From contig CAWCIV010000001.1 of the NCBI GenBank assembly GCA_963795805.1, positions 778,749-842,748 on the forward strand: a stretch of 64,000 bases of DNA, written 5' to 3'. Every line of letters begins with the position of its first letter. The stretch's first letter is position 1. Position numbers and translations under genes: made by a program. The stretch is from an uncultured Chloroflexia bacterium. Its GTDB lineage: Bacteria; Chloroflexota; Dormibacteria; CF-121. Of this stretch, positions 62,421-64,000 are shown piece by piece. The notes under the pieces were generated by a model. The model saw only the letters and a list, made by a program, of their open reading frames with translations. It was not told where the DNA came from and did no database searches.

Positions 62421-64000
62421 GTGCGCTACTCGCTGGCCTGGCTGAAGGACTACGTCGAGATCCCTGATCGCCAGCAGCTGATCGACCGGCTCACCCGCGC
62501 CGGGAACGAGGTCGAGCGCGTCGTCGATCAGGGAGGCGACTTCGAGGGCATCATCGTCGCCCGCGTCGAGGCCCTTCGACCGCATCCCAACGCCGACAAG
62601 CTCCAACTGGCCCTGCTCTCCACCGGGGGGACTGCCGTTGAGGTGGTGACGGGCGCCACCAACCTCGCGGTCGGCGATTCGGTGCCGCTCGCGGTCACGG
62701 GAGCGCGACTCAAAGATCGACGGATCGAGCGCCAGGTCTTTCGCGGGATCCCATCGGAGGGCATGCTCTGTTCGGCCATCGAGCTCGGGGTGGGCGAGGA
62801 TGCCGCAGGGATCCTCATCCTCGATCCGGGCGCCGTGCCTGGCGAGGACGTTCGCAAGCTCTTCCCGACGGACACGATTCTGGAGATCGAGATCAAATCG
62901 AACCGACCGGATCTGCTCTGTCACGTGGGCATCGCCCGCGAGATCAGCGCCCTCGTCCGCGTCCCATTGCGGCCTCCGAGTGCGAGCGCGACGACGGCCC
63001 TGCCATCGGAGCCGCTCGTCCGGCTGGAGTACGCGCGCGCCTGTCGCCGCTTCGTGGCCCGCCGGTTCACCGGCATCAGGGTCAGCCCGTCGCCGGTCTG
63101 GTTGCAGGCGCGCCTGCGAGCGGCCGGGGTGCGCCCGATCAGCAACGTCGTCGACATCACGAACTACGTGATGCTCGAGCTCGGCCAGCCGATGCACGCC
63201 TTCGACCAACGCGGCCTCGACGGGGCGCTCGTGGTCCGCCAGGCTCGCCCGGGGGAAACGCTCTCCTGCCTCGACGGCAAAACGCGCGACCTGCGCCCCG
63301 AGGACATCGTCGTGGCGGACGGGTCACGGGCCCGCGCGCTGGCCGGCATCATCGGTGGAACCGACACGGCCGTCGGCGCGGCGACGACCGACATCGTCCT
63401 CGAGGCGGCGACGTGGGAGCCGCGCCAGATCCGGGCGTCGTCGCGTATGCACGGCGTTCGCACCGAAGCCTCGTCCCGCTTCGAAAAGGGACTCAGCCCT
63501 GCCATCAGCGCGCCGGCGATCGAGCGCGCGACGGCCTTGATCGCGGAGCTTGCCGGCGGGAGACCGGTCGGGCACAACGACGTCTATCCCGATCCGCTGG
63601 TGCCGGTGTCGCTCGAGCTGAACGCGGCGCGCATCGACCGCGTCCTCGGCGTCGCCATCCCGCTTGAGGAAGCTGCCGCCATCCTCGAGCGGCTTGCCTT
63701 CGCGGTTCGCCTGACCAGCGACCAGTTGACAGCAACCCCCCCGGATTTCCGCCTCGATTGCACCATCCCCGAAGACCTGGTGGAGGAGATCGGTCGAATC
63801 TACGGTTATGACCGCGTGCCGAGCACGCTGCCCGGCCAGCGCATGCCGGTGCGCGATCTCTATCAGCGGCAGGATGTCGATGAGATCGCGCGCGATCTGC
63901 TGGTCGGGCTCGCCTTCGATGAGGCGCTTACGAACAGCCTGGTCAGCGAAAAGACCACGGCGGACATCCGGTTACCGGCTGCCCCGGCCGCCCGTGCGCG
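62421..64000 (+). CDS. pheT: Phenylalanine-tRNA ligase beta subunit (runs off the window)
   Basis: MRYSLAWLKDYV, HPNADKL, SEGMLCS..ELG, NRPDLL...GIARE, VVDITNYVMLELGQPMHAFD, EAS.RFEKG, DLVEEIGRIYGYD. Confidence 0.97.
   Translation, partial: MRYSLAWLKDYVEIPDRQQLIDRLTRAGNEVERVVDQGGDFEGIIVARVEALRPHPNADKLQLALLSTGGTAVEVVTGATNLAVGDSVPLAVTGARLKDRRIERQVFRGIPSEGMLCSAIELGVGEDAAGILILDPGAVPGEDVRKLFPTDTILEIEIKSNRPDLLCHVGIAREISALVRVPLRPPSASATTALPSEPLVRLEYARACRRFVARRFTGIRVSPSPVWLQARLRAAGVRPISNVVDITNYVMLELGQPMHAFDQRGLDGALVVRQARPGETLSCLDGKTRDLRPEDIVVADGSRARALAGIIGGTDTAVGAATTDIVLEAATWEPRQIRASSRMHGVRTEASSRFEKGLSPAISAPAIERATALIAELAGGRPVGHNDVYPDPLVPVSLELNAARIDRVLGVAIPLEEAAAILERLAFAVRLTSDQLTATPPDFRLDCTIPEDLVEEIGRIYGYDRVPSTLPGQRMPVRDLYQRQDVDEIARDLLVGLAFDEALTNSLVSEKTTADIRLPAAPAARA

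Overview
A 64-kb, high-GC bacterial core-genome segment. Almost every gene is on the + strand; the one exception is a partial hexapeptide acyltransferase at the left edge. Gene order: comM-dprA-topA-rpsB-tsf-pyrH-frr-uppS-cdsA-dxr-rseP-ispG-proS-relA, a PT-rich exported protein plus a sensor diguanylate cyclase, hisS-aspS, a secreted protein, a DUF948/RsbW-like/SigB-like module, alaS, an FtsA-like actin ATPase plus a membrane-anchored baseplate-J-like protein, ruvX-DUF1292-mltG-aroE-like-prepilin peptidase-PH-efp-asp23-nusB-xseB-DUF212-tlyA-nadK-recN-HD-scpA-scpB-rluB-cmk-plsC-phoH-dinG-nitrilase-nadE-rsmI-metG-tatD-ksgA-MFS-tRNA-Val, a threonine dehydratase-like gene, a receiver protein, a Cys-rich small protein, and thrS-infC-rpmI-rplT-pheS-pheT (truncated by the window edge). 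The Firmicutes-like gene order, short EF-Ts and archaeal/eukaryote-type ProRS suggest a monoderm Terrabacteria lineage, possibly Chloroflexota-related such as Dormibacterota (inference only). No mobile element, prophage or CRISPR array is visible. Many single-base frameshifts, dense at about 37.9-44.5 kb, look like sequencing or consensus errors. Most notable signals: (1) an actin-like ATPase paired with a bitopic baseplate-J-like protein next to mltG, a candidate uncharacterised trans-envelope system; (2) repeated non-canonical start codons (ACG for infC, CTG for mltG and tatD, ATC for rluB, no canonical start for the sigma factor or the aroE-like gene), alongside widespread leaderless-type TAnnnT promoters; (3) a DnaA-box-preceded sigma70 promoter driving a small zinc-finger protein; (4) an apparently kinase-dead RsbW with no adjacent RsbV; (5) a 34-nt perfect purine-pyrimidine alternation upstream of a long-spacer topA promoter; (6) an aroE homolog with a remodelled active site and an EF-P with an unusual Arg32 loop.
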